From positions 1-64,000 of IMG/VR virus record IMGVR_UViG_3300045988_120811: a stretch of DNA of 64,000 nucleotides. One strand, 5' to 3'. Positions 46,678-59,100 of the stretch are shown piece after piece; position 1 is the stretch's first letter; each line of letters starts with the position of its first letter. Under the pieces are notes generated by a model. That model did no database searches and was not told where the DNA came from. It saw only the letters and a program-made list of their open reading frames with translations. Both the position numbers and the translations under genes were made by a program. This DNA is from a virus.

Positions 46678-48933
46678 TTACCTGCATTCCAATTTGTTAA
46701 GATCATCCAATTCAGACTTGCTTACGGTCATGTCTTGCGTCAAGCCAGATCTGTTTTGGTATGGAGCGTAATCGGTTTCTACCGTCTTAGCCTTCTGAGT
46801 AGAATCGTATTTCACCTCTGATTCGGTTCCTGTCAGATTTTGGTAGATAGATCCGGAACTACTTTCGCCGACTTTAGTGAACACCGTGTTCCCTATTCTG
46901 ATAAAATTATCATACAAACCTTCTACGATAACATTACCATCCTGCTTAGTTATGTTATGATCCCGAACCTCATTTAAGAGATTAGGATGTTTCGTAAAAA
47001 GATCGTGATAGAAATCAGAACCGGCATATAACATATCATAATAATCCAAATAGAACAGATCTGTAAAAGAAGGATCGGTACTGCTCATGCTATACTCAAA
47101 TAACTGCTCACGATCATTACCTGCCAAAGATAGTTCAATTTGTTTTAACGTATCCGGATCTGAAATGGTAAGACCCAGTAAATGATCTGGTTTAAAGTCA
47201 AGATACTTGTATGCTCCTTCGTACACTTCTGTATTATGAAGCTTATTTTCAAGATAAGATTGGTATAAATCGAATAAGAGTAAAGGATTCTCTTTGTCCT
47301 GCTTTCTGTTTATGTATCGGCTAAACTCCCGTTCTTCATTAACATACGGGCTTCCAGGAATAACAAGATGACCGAACGCCAATCTGGTAGCATTCATCTC
47401 TTCCGTATTCTGAGAATCGGTATAAGACAGGACGTATTTTTTAATAGAATCAGCAAGGGCCTTACTATCTACGTTTTTCACGCGGAGCTTATCTAAAACA
47501 CCATCTTTAAAACAATATTCAGGATAGATACCAGGCGGGAAATAAGTTAGGCTCTGCTTGGCAAGCTCGGCAGCCATATCGTACAAATCACCTAAATTAT
47601 CTCTTTCTACCTTATGATATAGGTTTCCACCAAGATAAAGCAGGGAATGATTTTCAAATGCCGATACCGGATCTATGTCAGATTCCATATAAACGATATT
47701 CATATTATCCATATACTCTGGAAGAAACATGACACGGCGATCCTGGCTATCTCCAAGAACGTCATCAATAGCAGAAGCTAAGGTAGGAGCATAAGTGTCA
47801 TCGTTGTGCCTTGCTACATAAATATCGAGATCCAACATCAAGCTATCAATTTTATTCAGCGATTCTTCTGTTCCGTCGTATGCTTTAGACGCCCCTACGA
47901 TATCTATACCAAGACCTACACAAGCCTCTTCTACGTCCCACATCATACTTCTAAGGTCTTCTTCTGTATCAGCATTAACCCTGTTTAGAAAGGCTGATAT
48001 ACGAGCTCGTAATGACTCAGATCCAATAGGGCTGTAATAAGCATAATCTTGCAACTTTGATAATGACCGTCTCTTCCTTTCTACGATATTATTGTCTTCT
48101 AAAGTTACAACCGGAACGATGTTCATATTCGAAAATTCGTTGAACAGCGACAAGGCAAAACTCTTATCCGACTGATATCTTTCAACTAACTCCGGATATG
48201 AATCAGATAAAGACTCGAAAGCAGCATCAAACTCTGAAGCAACACTAATACCTCCTACTGTGTTTTTTATAGCCTCATAAACTTCAGCCGGATTATATGA
48301 TGCTCTCTTTCCTAATTTATTGAAGACGCCATTTTTATACACAACAGGACCGTATGGTTTTTCTACGGTTGTGAAGTAAGACTCTTTCCCAAGATCGTGT
48401 TCGTTATTGGAATAGTCTAATAATAGCCTCATAAAAGAGCTGACCTCATTAAGTACAGAAGGATTATCTAATATCCTACTTATCTCTGTCTCATTGTACA
48501 AGCCGGATCTCCTTAGATTTTCTTCATTTAGGATAAGATTACCATCCACATAAAAAGAGCTTCTAACTCTATTAATAAGAGATCGTATGCTATATATGGA
48601 ATTGGATATCATAACATCTCTTACATCCTTAACATCCTGAGCCGTTAAGGGATCGGAAAAATAAGCCTGACGCTTCATATACGACAGCACATCTTCTAAA
48701 AGAGGTTCGCCATTAGGATCGGTATTAAACATCTCCCCTGGAGCCGGGTTATTCCAATGACCATAATACGACAAAAAATCAGAGGTGTAAGCCTTAGCCC
48801 ATACCTGAAGAGCTCGTTCGCTATTTCCTAATAATTTTAAGGCACTTTCGTAAAGAACGGAAGGCTCACCGTTAGGAGCCTCAACCCGTTCTATTTTATT
48901 TTCCTTCTTTTCTATCTGACATTTGACACCCAT
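46678..48933 (-). CDS. large virion-associated protein (751 aa)
   Basis: uninterrupted ORF in the structural arm. Confidence 0.85.
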   Translation of the reverse strand: MGVKCQIEKKENKIERVEAPNGEPSVLYESALKLLGNSERALQVWAKAYTSDFLSYYGHWNNPAPGEMFNTDPNGEPLLEDVLSYMKRQAYFSDPLTAQDVKDVRDVMISNSIYSIRSLINRVRSSFYVDGNLILNEENLRRSGLYNETEISRILDNPSVLNEVSSFMRLLLDYSNNEHDLGKESYFTTVEKPYGPVVYKNGVFNKLGKRASYNPAEVYEAIKNTVGGISVASEFDAAFESLSDSYPELVERYQSDKSFALSLFNEFSNMNIVPVVTLEDNNIVERKRRSLSKLQDYAYYSPIGSESLRARISAFLNRVNADTEEDLRSMMWDVEEACVGLGIDIVGASKAYDGTEESLNKIDSLMLDLDIYVARHNDDTYAPTLASAIDDVLGDSQDRRVMFLPEYMDNMNIVYMESDIDPVSAFENHSLLYLGGNLYHKVERDNLGDLYDMAAELAKQSLTYFPPGIYPEYCFKDGVLDKLRVKNVDSKALADSIKKYVLSYTDSQNTEEMNATRLAFGHLVIPGSPYVNEEREFSRYINRKQDKENPLLLFDLYQSYLENKLHNTEVYEGAYKYLDFKPDHLLGLTISDPDTLKQIELSLAGNDREQLFEYSMSSTDPSFTDLFYLDYYDMLYAGSDFYHDLFTKHPNLLNEVRDHNITKQDGNVIVEGLYDNFIRIGNTVFTKVGESSSGSIYQNLTGTESEVKYDSTQKAKTVETDYAPYQNRSGLTQDMTVSKSELDDLNKLECR

Positions 48934-48959
48934 AGTGATTAACTTTTTTGCAAAGTTAA

Positions 48960-49499
48960 TTATAAAACTGACTTATACAATGACGGATCCCAAACTCCCT
49001 CTATATAAATCTCCGGAAAACTCAAACTGCCATCACGAAGAGTGGAGACTTGCAAGCTGGGAATGTTGAAAACAGTACTGGTACTACCAAACTCACCATT
49101 CAACTTGATAGCATTTCCGCTGTTATTAGCCTCATAATAAAAATAACAATAATTTTCATTAAGACTCGGATCATATTCGTACCAATATGTTAGATCTTGT
49201 ATATGGTCTTCTATATTACCAATTTTATTTTCACCTAATATAAAAATACCATTATTGCTATGATGATAAACCATAGATTCATAACCACCCTGATTCTAAT
49301 AACTATTAAACATTATGTAACTAAAATCGGAATCATGATCTTTTAATACAGGTCCTATATGTATATGAATTTTATTAAACTGACATACATAAGGTCTTTT
49401 TCCTCCAAGCCTTTTTATATCTTCATTAGATAACTTATTATAACATCCTCCCACAAAATTATCCGCAGCATTAAAAAATCTTCTTCTCATACTCAACAC
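48960..49499 (-). pseudogene. MRRRF-family paralog split by an in-frame TAG (67-aa plus 104-aa ORFs in the same frame)
   Basis: 67-aa ORF starts MLSMRRRFFNAADNFVGGC; TAG at 49296-49298; 7 sense codons (NQGGYES) then ATG of the 104-aa ORF in the same frame. Confidence 0.5.
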
Positions 49500-52400
49500 T
49501 CCTTATTTAACTCATTTATCGAATCCGAATTATCAGAACCTTCTACAAGATTCTTATTCCTATCTATCTCTTCCTGGCTCATATTACTCATCATATTTTG
49601 TATTTTCCTACCAGATTGAGATAAAGAACGGATGAATGCGCTGGAACTTATCTTAACTCCAAGATCCGGTTTTGCCCTAAACGCTTCTCCGGTACTGATA
49701 TTATATAAATCATACACACCTAAGTTCATGTAGAATTTGTATATCCAGTTTCCACCAGCTTTTTTGTATCCTAATTTGGTTAGCTCAGTTACACTCATAC
49801 CAAATTTAATGCCATTACGAGCCATTATCTTCTCTGGTATAGGTTCTACCTTAGCCGGAACAGATGTATATGCTTCATCACCGCCGTACAGGAAATAAGG
49901 GGTTGTCACCCTTGATATGTGAGTAAGCGGTTCTTCGGATATACGAGGCTCGTCTTTCGCAGCCTTAGATCCTTTCCTTAGATTGGATATTCTAATAAAA
50001 GGATCGTATGTCAAAAAGGTTAAGCCGTATTCTACTTTATAACCTGATACGCCGTTAAGGTCCCTTATAGCCTTAGTCGTATGCGAGTGATTGATGGTGT
50101 CTATACCATACCTTGATTCCATATCGGTCATAATACTATTAACCTCATCTCCCTCTACATAAACCTCTTCTCCTTCCGGGATAGAGGTTATGCCGGCAGC
50201 CCTTCTAAGTAACCATAAAGTAACTTCAGCAATGTCAGAGAACTTATCTCCGTTCTTCCTATAGTTATCTACTCTTCCTTCTTCAGATCCAGGTAATTCG
50301 ACATTTCTTTCAACTTCGACATTTGTTCCGGGTTGTCCTTTGCCTTCTCCATCTCCCTTTTTATCGCCATCTTCCTCAGTGCGTACTGCACCGCCTTCTG
50401 CACTTCCTTCTTTTCCATCATTTAAAATATTATATGATTCTGACTCTATAGACTCCACAACAGCATCATACTCTGGTATGCCGCTAAGGAAATCTGCTAC
50501 GTTATTCAAAAACTCTATTTTTTCCTCGTTTGTCATATCAAGGCTTTCCACGGGCTCCCATATGGCAGGCAAGTTGTTTGATTCTATTGCAGTAGAAACA
50601 TCTTCTATAGTTTGGTTATCCACCGTAGGAAAAACTTTAGAAACCAAACTATTGATATCAGATTCCATTTTTTCTACTTCCTCTTTTGTGCCATATTCTT
50701 TTAGGGTGTCCATGCCATTGACTCTAAGAGAATAATTCAAAGCCTTACTCGGAACAAAATTAATATATTTCAAAAAGTTTTTCAACTCTGATATAATTTG
50801 TTCGTCAGATCTTGGCCCAACATAATCAACCACCACCTGATCCGTTTGAGAACGAAGCCAAGAAACGTATTCATCTAAAGTCTTACCACCTTTACCGGAA
50901 GGAGTGGATATTTTATCACCTACTGTTCCTTTAGGTTCTAATCCCATTTCCTCCTTAAGACTTTTAGGATTACCTCTCTCACGAAGAAACCTCAAGTCAC
51001 CTCCTACAATCTTCCTTGCTATAAAATCAAAAATATTAGCATAAGGCGGCAATCCCTCTTTTTCTATATGAGATTCTATTTCGTTTAACATAAGAGAGAA
51101 GTTTTTCCTGGAGGTACGCTTCTTGCCAGGTAAAGACTGCGCAGCTTGTGCCGCAGGAGCCGGCTGAGCTAATGGCGCCGGCTGAGTCTCCCGGACAGCC
51201 CCTTCCTCTGGCATTTCCTCTTCGTAAACTTCCACGTATTCTTTAGAAGTAACGGTCTTACCCTCATCAGAGAAAGGAAGATCATCCTCTATAAGCGACT
51301 TAGGTCTGGAAGATGATTTACCAAACTGGATCCTGATCTTAGGAGCAACAAACATCTCACCTTCGAAATCTATTCCAGATTCTACTTCAGACGTCACAAT
51401 GTCTTTCACGCTCCTACTTCCATCTTCTACCCACTTAACAACATCAGGAACCGTAGATAATTTCTCTATAGCCTCACGAGCTTTTCTAAGCCCTGAAATA
51501 GGATTCAAATACGATACTTGATACGAAGCCGGATCAAGGCCTAACTTGGTTAGATACGCATTAAGATCTTGTATATCATCTTGACCCATCTGTAGCAATT
51601 CAGAATCACCAGATTCAAGCAGCATATCTATAAAAGACATCCATTTCTGCCCTTCCTCTGATTCTACAGAACGTAGGCTAACTGGGAAAAGATAATTAAG
51701 ACCGTTTTTACCTTTGATGACAACTACCGGAACTCTTACATTTTTGTAATTATTCCCCTTGTCATTTAATATAGAATAAGCAAATGGGAAGCCTGTGTAT
51801 TTAGATCCGTTCTTAAGCACGACTTTGCCATTTAATACATATCCTACATCAGATATTTTTTCAGCACCTTTTTCGGTAATGGGGAGATTTTCTACCTGGC
51901 CATATCCTTGACCGTTCACCTTCATGTTAAACACCGGTCTTCCGGGAAGGGTCTGGGCAACAACATGCGTGCCGACGCCGATGGTAGCCGACCGGCCGGC
52001 GTCCTTCTTCCACTTGTTAAAAGCCGTTCTTCTTATTTTACTTATACCATCTATGCCTCCTGTATCAGCTTTTACGACAGAAACGAATCGGTTCCCACTC
52101 ATGACCTTGATAACCATATTGGACACCAGTTTATTCTCAGCAGATTCTATTCTTTTTTTATCGCCAGACTGAACAGCGTCATTGTATTCGGCAAAAAGAG
52201 ACTGATTATAGGTATCATTTACATCTATTTCGAGATTAACCTTATCTCCTTTTTTCAAAGAAGATAATGCTTCCTGATCTATTTTATCTACTTCATTCTC
52301 TCCGAATCCGACACCCGTTCTGTACGGAACCAACTCATCTGAATCAAGACGCTTATAAACCAAAGAATATGAATTACCCACGTCCTGAATAGACACGTCT

Positions 52401-55400
52401 GTGTAGCGATTAAGAACACGAGCCGATTCTTTGTCTATAGACCATCTCGCATGATAAGGCAGTTCAATTATAGTAGCCGTTTCCCCACCTATGTTAAGAG
52501 AATACCTTTTAGTGCCATTAGCGTTCGTTTCAGAGCTTATTTGAATAGGAACCAATGATTTTATAGAAGATATAAATTTATCGGCTCTAAGACCCGCAAT
52601 TTCATACCTTTCATTGCCATCATTAGAGATTCTTCTTACCATCAACGTCTCTGGATTCTGGGCGCTATCTATATTGGCTCCAGGCGTATTATCAGATTCG
52701 TCTAATTCATTTACAAGAGAATCTATATTAGCATCATCCTCCCCGAAATTACTTAACGTAGATTCAGAAATACGACCTTTATCAATAATCCTGTTCTGTT
52801 CAATATAAGGAAGGAGATCTGTGATATTTCCAACCTGGCCAAGATCTTCTATGGTAAATACCGAATCTGCAAGTTTATCTTCGTCAACTTTCTCTCCTTT
52901 GTCCCGCCTGTTCATTATATCAACATACGAAGAAATAGCATCATCAAGCTCCTTTCTTTGATCTGGCTCCAAATTAGACTTAGCCATATCAATAATAGCT
53001 TTATTTTCCTCATATACTGATCTCGGACTTGTAAGCCTGTCAGCCTTTTCAGATAATGATTTTATAAGATTAACAGGACTATCACCTAAAGACGATACAT
53101 AATCATCAAAATCTTGTTTGTATTTATCATACACATCTTTTTCCCTTGCAGTAAGAAGATCGGTATTTCCTGTATATAATTTATCAATTATAGACTGCCT
53201 TACGACCGGGACCGTAATAGGATTATCCATAGCAGCTTCATAATCTTCATCCGATACAGATTCCGTAAGTGGAGACTCTTTTATATTATCTTCCGCTTCC
53301 TTCATCCTATCTTCTCTTACTCTATCAAGAGCATGCATAAAAGCCTTGATAGTCCAAGCTTCGTCTTCCGAAATCTTACCTTCTGACACAGCTTGATCTA
53401 CTACCTCATCAGTGTCATATTCACCAACTTTATTAGGCTCTGCAAAATCAGGAACCTTGTCATCCCCCTTATAAGGAGTAGACCATAGAGAAGACAGCGC
53501 TTTTGAAAATCCCCTGTTTTCCTCAGCTAAGAATCTTTTATCAAGCATCTTAGATAAGAAGTTATTCATATTTCTATAGTCCATCAAACTCCTGCGGTAT
53601 TCATTTACCAAGGATCTCATGGCTTTGTCTTTGGCTGTAAACTTCTTTTCCTGTCTTGATTTCACATTGAAATAATCATCAAAAGCTACAAGCGTATCAT
53701 AGGCCTCTATTACATCTTGTGAACTTATGGGAGAAAGAGGAGATGATAAAACAGATTCGGTTTTACTTACCAACTCTTCTATCGAAAACTCTTTTCCTAT
53801 TAACGTTGATAACTCAGATAACGAATTATTGTAATTGGTTCTAAGATCTTCCAATTCTTTGGTTTTTCGTTGTATGGATTCAGCTTGTGGGTCTTTTCCA
53901 TCTACGTTACGAGGACGAGTAGCAAGATCTTCTATTTCGGATTCAAGCTCTTCTATCCTTGACCGTATGCCACGAATAGCCATAGCCCGCTCCCTCGCCC
54001 TGCCCGACAGCCGGGAAAACGTACTTAGCGCATCCGCCACGCGAGGCTGCCCCGAAAGCGTTTCTATGACAGAAGCTATGTCTTTCATTCTTGATTCCGA
54101 TTGAAGACCAAGAAAAGCATTACGAGCCACGTATTTTCTAAATTCGATCTTAGAGTCATCACCTATAAGATCTTCGGCAAAACCTTGAGCAGATCTGAAA
54201 TCAGAAAGACGATTATTATAATTATCAATAATAGAATCCTTGTATTTCCTTGCCTCTTCCAAAGACATTCCATTAGCTTCGGCTATTTCCGAAATAGGCA
54301 TCATATCAACCATCTGCCTGAAATTTTCAGCCGAATCCTCTAAGGTTCCCATTTGGTTGTCAATCGACATCTTTTCAAACATTGCATCATCAAGCTCCTT
54401 GCCGGTCATAGACTGAGCATCGGAACGAACTTGAGGCCCTAAACTCATTGACTTTTTCAACGTATTCAAAGCCGCCGTATTAAGATTAGAAGATGCTTTG
54501 TTATATTCATCTACTTGTCTTTCCAGCAAGATCTGACTATTGCTATACTCTTTCACCCCAAAGAAACCTTCCCTCATACCGAACAAAGAACCGATAATAG
54601 CACCGATTCCTATTTCAGTCCATCCTTCTTTAGACGTATATTGTTTTTTAAACCCTTCAGAAATAGCATCAAGAACATCAACGGCCCCGTTCATAGCAAC
54701 ATTGTCATATCTTGACTTAACATATTCCTCAGCCGTATTCTGGACAGCACCTTGAGACCCTTCTTCCCATAAGCCTTCAGATACCGGTCTTTTCATGATA
54801 TTGAAAACATTGCCTGCTATCTTCTGTCCTATATTGGGATTGGTTATTTTAATAGCCATCTCTCCTGGTTTCGCAACTTCCGTTCCTAATCCAAATAAAT
54901 GCTTGTTGAGCTTCTTTTCCAACCCAGGTATAGCCTTGCCTCCTAACCCTATATACTTACCAAAAAGAAGCCAGTTGGATAATCCTACGATACCCATATT
55001 GGCGGCAAATATAGCACTACCTACATCAGCATTAGAATTACGAAAAACAGCCATTTCCTCTGCATTGGGATCACGACCATAAATCTTACGATAATAATCC
55101 TTGAAATCGGACTCGGATTGTTTCATGAAGGAATTTGCTTCAACCGATGACTCGAATCCGGCACTGGTAGCCAGCAACGTCATGGTCTTAGCCGCCTCCC
55201 CTACATTCCTTCCGGCAGCAACCCCTTTTCTTACATAGTCGTTAAACACGCTTTTAAGGCTTCCTATGCCCCTATTGGCAGCTTGCCTTGCTGCCAACTT
55301 AGCTCCGATTCTTCCACCTAATTTAGCACCTATATTGCCCAATGATCCAACTCCAAGTCCTCCGGTCATGTACGCTGATATCATGGCTCCTACGGTAAAA

Positions 55401-56134
55401 GACATACCGTTACCAAGGACATCATTCCATAAGAAATTACCAGTATCCTTAAAAAGCTTCTGACCGAAATTATAATCTTCTACCTCTTTCTTGTAATAAT
55501 GGGGAAGAAGCATGTCTATTTGCTGGTCAAGATCACCTACAAACTTATCCATGTTAGTGTTTAACGCAGCTTTGTAACTTCCCTCAGATGCCATATTGAT
55601 AAGTTTGTCAGGCAATGACACAACTCCTTGTGCACCGTACAATGCAGACTTTAAAGCGAATTTACCTACACCATTCCAAAACTTACTCCATCCGCTCTGT
55701 CTTCTGGCATAATAATCCTCATTATTTATACCCGGAATATAGTTGGGGTATTTTGTACGCCATACCCCATCATTACCCATCTGATGACTTTCACGGATAC
55801 TTACCTTCGGTCCATAGGGATTAAGAGGCGGCGGGGCAGGTGTAGCCCCCCTGTAGCTGTTACGGGCCAGTGCCTCCGAGTAACTGTTGCTTATCTCCTT
55901 GGCTATATACGGCTCTTCGTATTCGGCAGCAGCTATCCTTGATGCGTAATCTGGAAATTCAGGTTGGGCATACACACCTTCATCAGGCATATAATTAGGA
56001 ACCAGAGGCGTTGTCGTCTCTGGTAATGTAGCCGGAGTGTAATTTTCTTCTTCGGCTAATTTCCTTTGCCTTGCCACATCTTCGTAAGTGGTTTTAGCAG
56101 CAGGATTATATCTATCTATGTTATTATCAGCCAT
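49493..56134 (-). CDS. giant virion-associated protein (2213 aa), function unknown
   Basis: 6.6-kb uninterrupted ORF; Gly-rich N-terminal segment, Pro/Ala-rich linker (PAPLAQPAPAAQAAQ), acidic Gly-rich patch. Confidence 0.9.
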   Translation of the reverse strand: MADNNIDRYNPAAKTTYEDVARQRKLAEEENYTPATLPETTTPLVPNYMPDEGVYAQPEFPDYASRIAAAEYEEPYIAKEISNSYSEALARNSYRGATPAPPPLNPYGPKVSIRESHQMGNDGVWRTKYPNYIPGINNEDYYARRQSGWSKFWNGVGKFALKSALYGAQGVVSLPDKLINMASEGSYKAALNTNMDKFVGDLDQQIDMLLPHYYKKEVEDYNFGQKLFKDTGNFLWNDVLGNGMSFTVGAMISAYMTGGLGVGSLGNIGAKLGGRIGAKLAARQAANRGIGSLKSVFNDYVRKGVAAGRNVGEAAKTMTLLATSAGFESSVEANSFMKQSESDFKDYYRKIYGRDPNAEEMAVFRNSNADVGSAIFAANMGIVGLSNWLLFGKYIGLGGKAIPGLEKKLNKHLFGLGTEVAKPGEMAIKITNPNIGQKIAGNVFNIMKRPVSEGLWEEGSQGAVQNTAEEYVKSRYDNVAMNGAVDVLDAISEGFKKQYTSKEGWTEIGIGAIIGSLFGMREGFFGVKEYSNSQILLERQVDEYNKASSNLNTAALNTLKKSMSLGPQVRSDAQSMTGKELDDAMFEKMSIDNQMGTLEDSAENFRQMVDMMPISEIAEANGMSLEEARKYKDSIIDNYNNRLSDFRSAQGFAEDLIGDDSKIEFRKYVARNAFLGLQSESRMKDIASVIETLSGQPRVADALSTFSRLSGRARERAMAIRGIRSRIEELESEIEDLATRPRNVDGKDPQAESIQRKTKELEDLRTNYNNSLSELSTLIGKEFSIEELVSKTESVLSSPLSPISSQDVIEAYDTLVAFDDYFNVKSRQEKKFTAKDKAMRSLVNEYRRSLMDYRNMNNFLSKMLDKRFLAEENRGFSKALSSLWSTPYKGDDKVPDFAEPNKVGEYDTDEVVDQAVSEGKISEDEAWTIKAFMHALDRVREDRMKEAEDNIKESPLTESVSDEDYEAAMDNPITVPVVRQSIIDKLYTGNTDLLTAREKDVYDKYKQDFDDYVSSLGDSPVNLIKSLSEKADRLTSPRSVYEENKAIIDMAKSNLEPDQRKELDDAISSYVDIMNRRDKGEKVDEDKLADSVFTIEDLGQVGNITDLLPYIEQNRIIDKGRISESTLSNFGEDDANIDSLVNELDESDNTPGANIDSAQNPETLMVRRISNDGNERYEIAGLRADKFISSIKSLVPIQISSETNANGTKRYSLNIGGETATIIELPYHARWSIDKESARVLNRYTDVSIQDVGNSYSLVYKRLDSDELVPYRTGVGFGENEVDKIDQEALSSLKKGDKVNLEIDVNDTYNQSLFAEYNDAVQSGDKKRIESAENKLVSNMVIKVMSGNRFVSVVKADTGGIDGISKIRRTAFNKWKKDAGRSATIGVGTHVVAQTLPGRPVFNMKVNGQGYGQVENLPITEKGAEKISDVGYVLNGKVVLKNGSKYTGFPFAYSILNDKGNNYKNVRVPVVVIKGKNGLNYLFPVSLRSVESEEGQKWMSFIDMLLESGDSELLQMGQDDIQDLNAYLTKLGLDPASYQVSYLNPISGLRKAREAIEKLSTVPDVVKWVEDGSRSVKDIVTSEVESGIDFEGEMFVAPKIRIQFGKSSSRPKSLIEDDLPFSDEGKTVTSKEYVEVYEEEMPEEGAVRETQPAPLAQPAPAAQAAQSLPGKKRTSRKNFSLMLNEIESHIEKEGLPPYANIFDFIARKIVGGDLRFLRERGNPKSLKEEMGLEPKGTVGDKISTPSGKGGKTLDEYVSWLRSQTDQVVVDYVGPRSDEQIISELKNFLKYINFVPSKALNYSLRVNGMDTLKEYGTKEEVEKMESDINSLVSKVFPTVDNQTIEDVSTAIESNNLPAIWEPVESLDMTNEEKIEFLNNVADFLSGIPEYDAVVESIESESYNILNDGKEGSAEGGAVRTEEDGDKKGDGEGKGQPGTNVEVERNVELPGSEEGRVDNYRKNGDKFSDIAEVTLWLLRRAAGITSIPEGEEVYVEGDEVNSIMTDMESRYGIDTINHSHTTKAIRDLNGVSGYKVEYGLTFLTYDPFIRISNLRKGSKAAKDEPRISEEPLTHISRVTTPYFLYGGDEAYTSVPAKVEPIPEKIMARNGIKFGMSVTELTKLGYKKAGGNWIYKFYMNLGVYDLYNISTGEAFRAKPDLGVKISSSAFIRSLSQSGRKIQNMMSNMSQEEIDRNKNLVEGSDNSDSINELNKEC

Positions 56135-59100
56135 AAATTTTCTGCAAAAAATCGTTCAACTTACTAAACTTGTCATTCATATTGGGCGTGATATTTATTC
56201 CTCTCATATACGGATCCCTCATCTGATCAAGACGTTCTTGAACAGCCTCCTTCACGTATTTTACAAAGAAGTACTGAGGACACTTCTGGTGAATGCTATT
56301 CCAGTAATCCGCATACTCATCATTACCTGGATCCAAAGGAACAAAATCCGAGAACAACAATGCAGGATTTTTAGAATTTTTAGTCCTTTTGTCATAGAAA
56401 TTGACCGCTACCTCTCTTGAACCCCTGTCATCCATTCCCTCCAACTGAACTGATATGTTATCAGACATGTCAATAAAATTATCGACAAGGGTTTTAACAA
56501 CATTCATTTCATCAGGCTTAAGGTAAGAGCCATGCACCTTTACTATATCATAAAGATCATTCTTGACATCAGCCTTAGAAGCCAAACGTGGAAGACCATT
56601 ACGTATGAGATACTTATCATAAGAATAGCCTTCCTTCTTTCCGGTATCTACAAAATCACAAGTTCCAAAACTTGATTTGTAACCATCTACTGGATAATTG
56701 CGCTCCTCAACCGAAGGATCTATACCCGCCTTAAGAAGCTCGTCATTCGTAATCTCAACCCTTTCTGTAACATAAGAATTTTTACCGGAACCTACTTGAG
56801 CAGTCAAGAATCTTCTAACAGTGCCATTATCTATCTCGGCATCCATATTAATGGCATTAATAGCAGTAGGATCCAGATTATTTACCTTTCCTGCCATGTA
56901 ACCAGACAATCTTCTAAACTGAGCCTTCTGCAAAGACTTTTCCGGTGAATCGGCATTCCAATTGTATCTTTTGTAAGAATCAAGGTAATGATACTGAGAT
57001 AACTTATCAGAAATCTGATCAGGAGATACAGACATTTTTATCTCATCCTGCATCTGACCTGCTATCATATCAGACACTCTACTGTTTTTCTCAGCATATC
57101 TTAGCTGGGTAATAGTTAATGGTTCACCTTCCTGATAATCTTTTAAATCTATATCACCATCCTTATCTATGGTCATATAATCTGATATATTAAAATCAGG
57201 ATCGCCGTTGAGTTTCTTCATTCCATTAATAAGAGCCAATGTACCAGTAGAAGAACCATTATTCTCGCTTGTAATAGCATCAGATATGTTTTTCCCCAAC
57301 TTGCCGGCACTCGCCTTAGCTCCTAATGACGGAGATATAGCACTAAGAATATCTATTCCTCTTGAAGGGTCCATCATGTATTCTCTGAACCCTACGGCAT
57401 CAGATACACCAGTTGTTATGGCTGTGGCGAGCAGGAAGGCTCCAGCCTTATCATCTGTATCGGTAAGATTTATAAAAGAATTTCCTTTCATAAACTTAGC
57501 ATTACGAACTTTACTGATAATATCCTTATTTTTTTTAGTAACTATATTATCTATTTGATAATCAGTTATGTTATTTATAGCCTTTGTAGCTCCATTTGCC
57601 TTAGAATCAGAAAGAAGTAAAGCATCATAAGCTTCAGACAGTCTGTTATTTCCTTGTCCAAAATATCCGTTTTTCTGACCTCCATTATTTTTTAAATAAG
57701 AATATATCCGTTCTTCAGGAGTCATATTAGCATACAATCCTGGGTCAGTTTTTTCTTCTTCGTATGATGCTGCAACGATATTACTTCTATCTGTAGGAGA
57801 TAATGAATTATATAATTTCAATAAATTTGCTCTACGCTCTGTGGAAGGAGATGTGAGTTGTTCATAAGGGATATTAGCCAAATTAACAGATCCTATCTTA
57901 CCCGTTCCAGAATTGATAGCCGTAGGCCCGTCCATAGGAGCCATCGGCACTCCTACACCGCCTGCTCCTCTTGTGCCTCCGGATGAGCTTTTAGTGCCCA
58001 TCTTGGAACCGTAAGTACGCATGTATTCGGTTTCAATCTTAGCCTGTGCAAGTTGCTCTTTTGCCAACGATATTTCAACCATAGACTTAGCATTATCAGT
58101 CAAAAACTTTTGCTGAGCCCTATCCTCTGCCAACCTTGCAAAATAAAGATCATCTTTCTTCCTTTCAAAACTTGTATTGTCGTATCTCCATGCATCAGTC
58201 ATCTTATCGAAAAGATTATTGGTAACAACAAAATTAGCAGCCGCTACCGGATCTGATGAAGCTATTATCATATCTGCCTCCCTCTTGGCTTCTGCTTTCT
58301 GATTTTTAGCTTCCTGTATCTGACTGTCAATACGATCAATAATATCCTTATTATCCCCTACTGATTTCTTTTTTGCTTCCAATGCTCCTATGTGCCTATC
58401 GTATCTTTCGACATAAGACCCAATGTATTGACTAACCAAATCCGGATTACTGAACACCGGATTGGTAGCTGCCATGTATGATGCTTCTATTCTCATCTGA
58501 TTCCTCATGTTTTCAGATAAGTTAGCAGACACAAAATTCCTTATCTGGGAATCAGTAAGCTCATCTACGTTGACTTCTATGATTCCACCAGTAGGATTAC
58601 CTTTAACATCATATTCTGTTGTCTGAATCTTCTTGCCTTCGTTGTTTTTCCTAAAATCACTGACCAGCTTATTTATCTCCTTAGTATAATCGACATAAGG
58701 AGAATAATGAAGACCTCCCAACCTTGATCCTGCTTTACCATCTGACCTCCATTTGTAATAAGGGTCCAAAGCATGCCATTCATTAATAGGAGAATAAAGT
58801 TCAGGATGATTCTGTTTTATAGATTCTATTTCCTTCATAACCCTCTTGCCTTCTTTTGTGCCGGCAATCGCGTTAATGACCGTATCATCTAACACCGAAC
58901 TTATCTCTCCTTGTATGGCTCTCGTAACACCATCAGAAGAAAGATCCACGCCTTTGAATTTTTGATTGATGTTAGCAATCACACCTGACATCTTATCTTC
59001 CATATAAGCGCGGGCTTCAGGCTTATCTATCTCTTGACCCATAAGATAATCTACCTGGGTATAGATCTTTTCACGAGCAGCATCAACCTTCTGCTGTTTG

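Noticed and set aside
50340-55824. Multiple plus-strand ORFs inside the 2213-aa minus-strand gene
   Set aside because: Same reasoning: antisense to a 6.6-kb intact ORF, Ser/Pro-rich nonsense translations.
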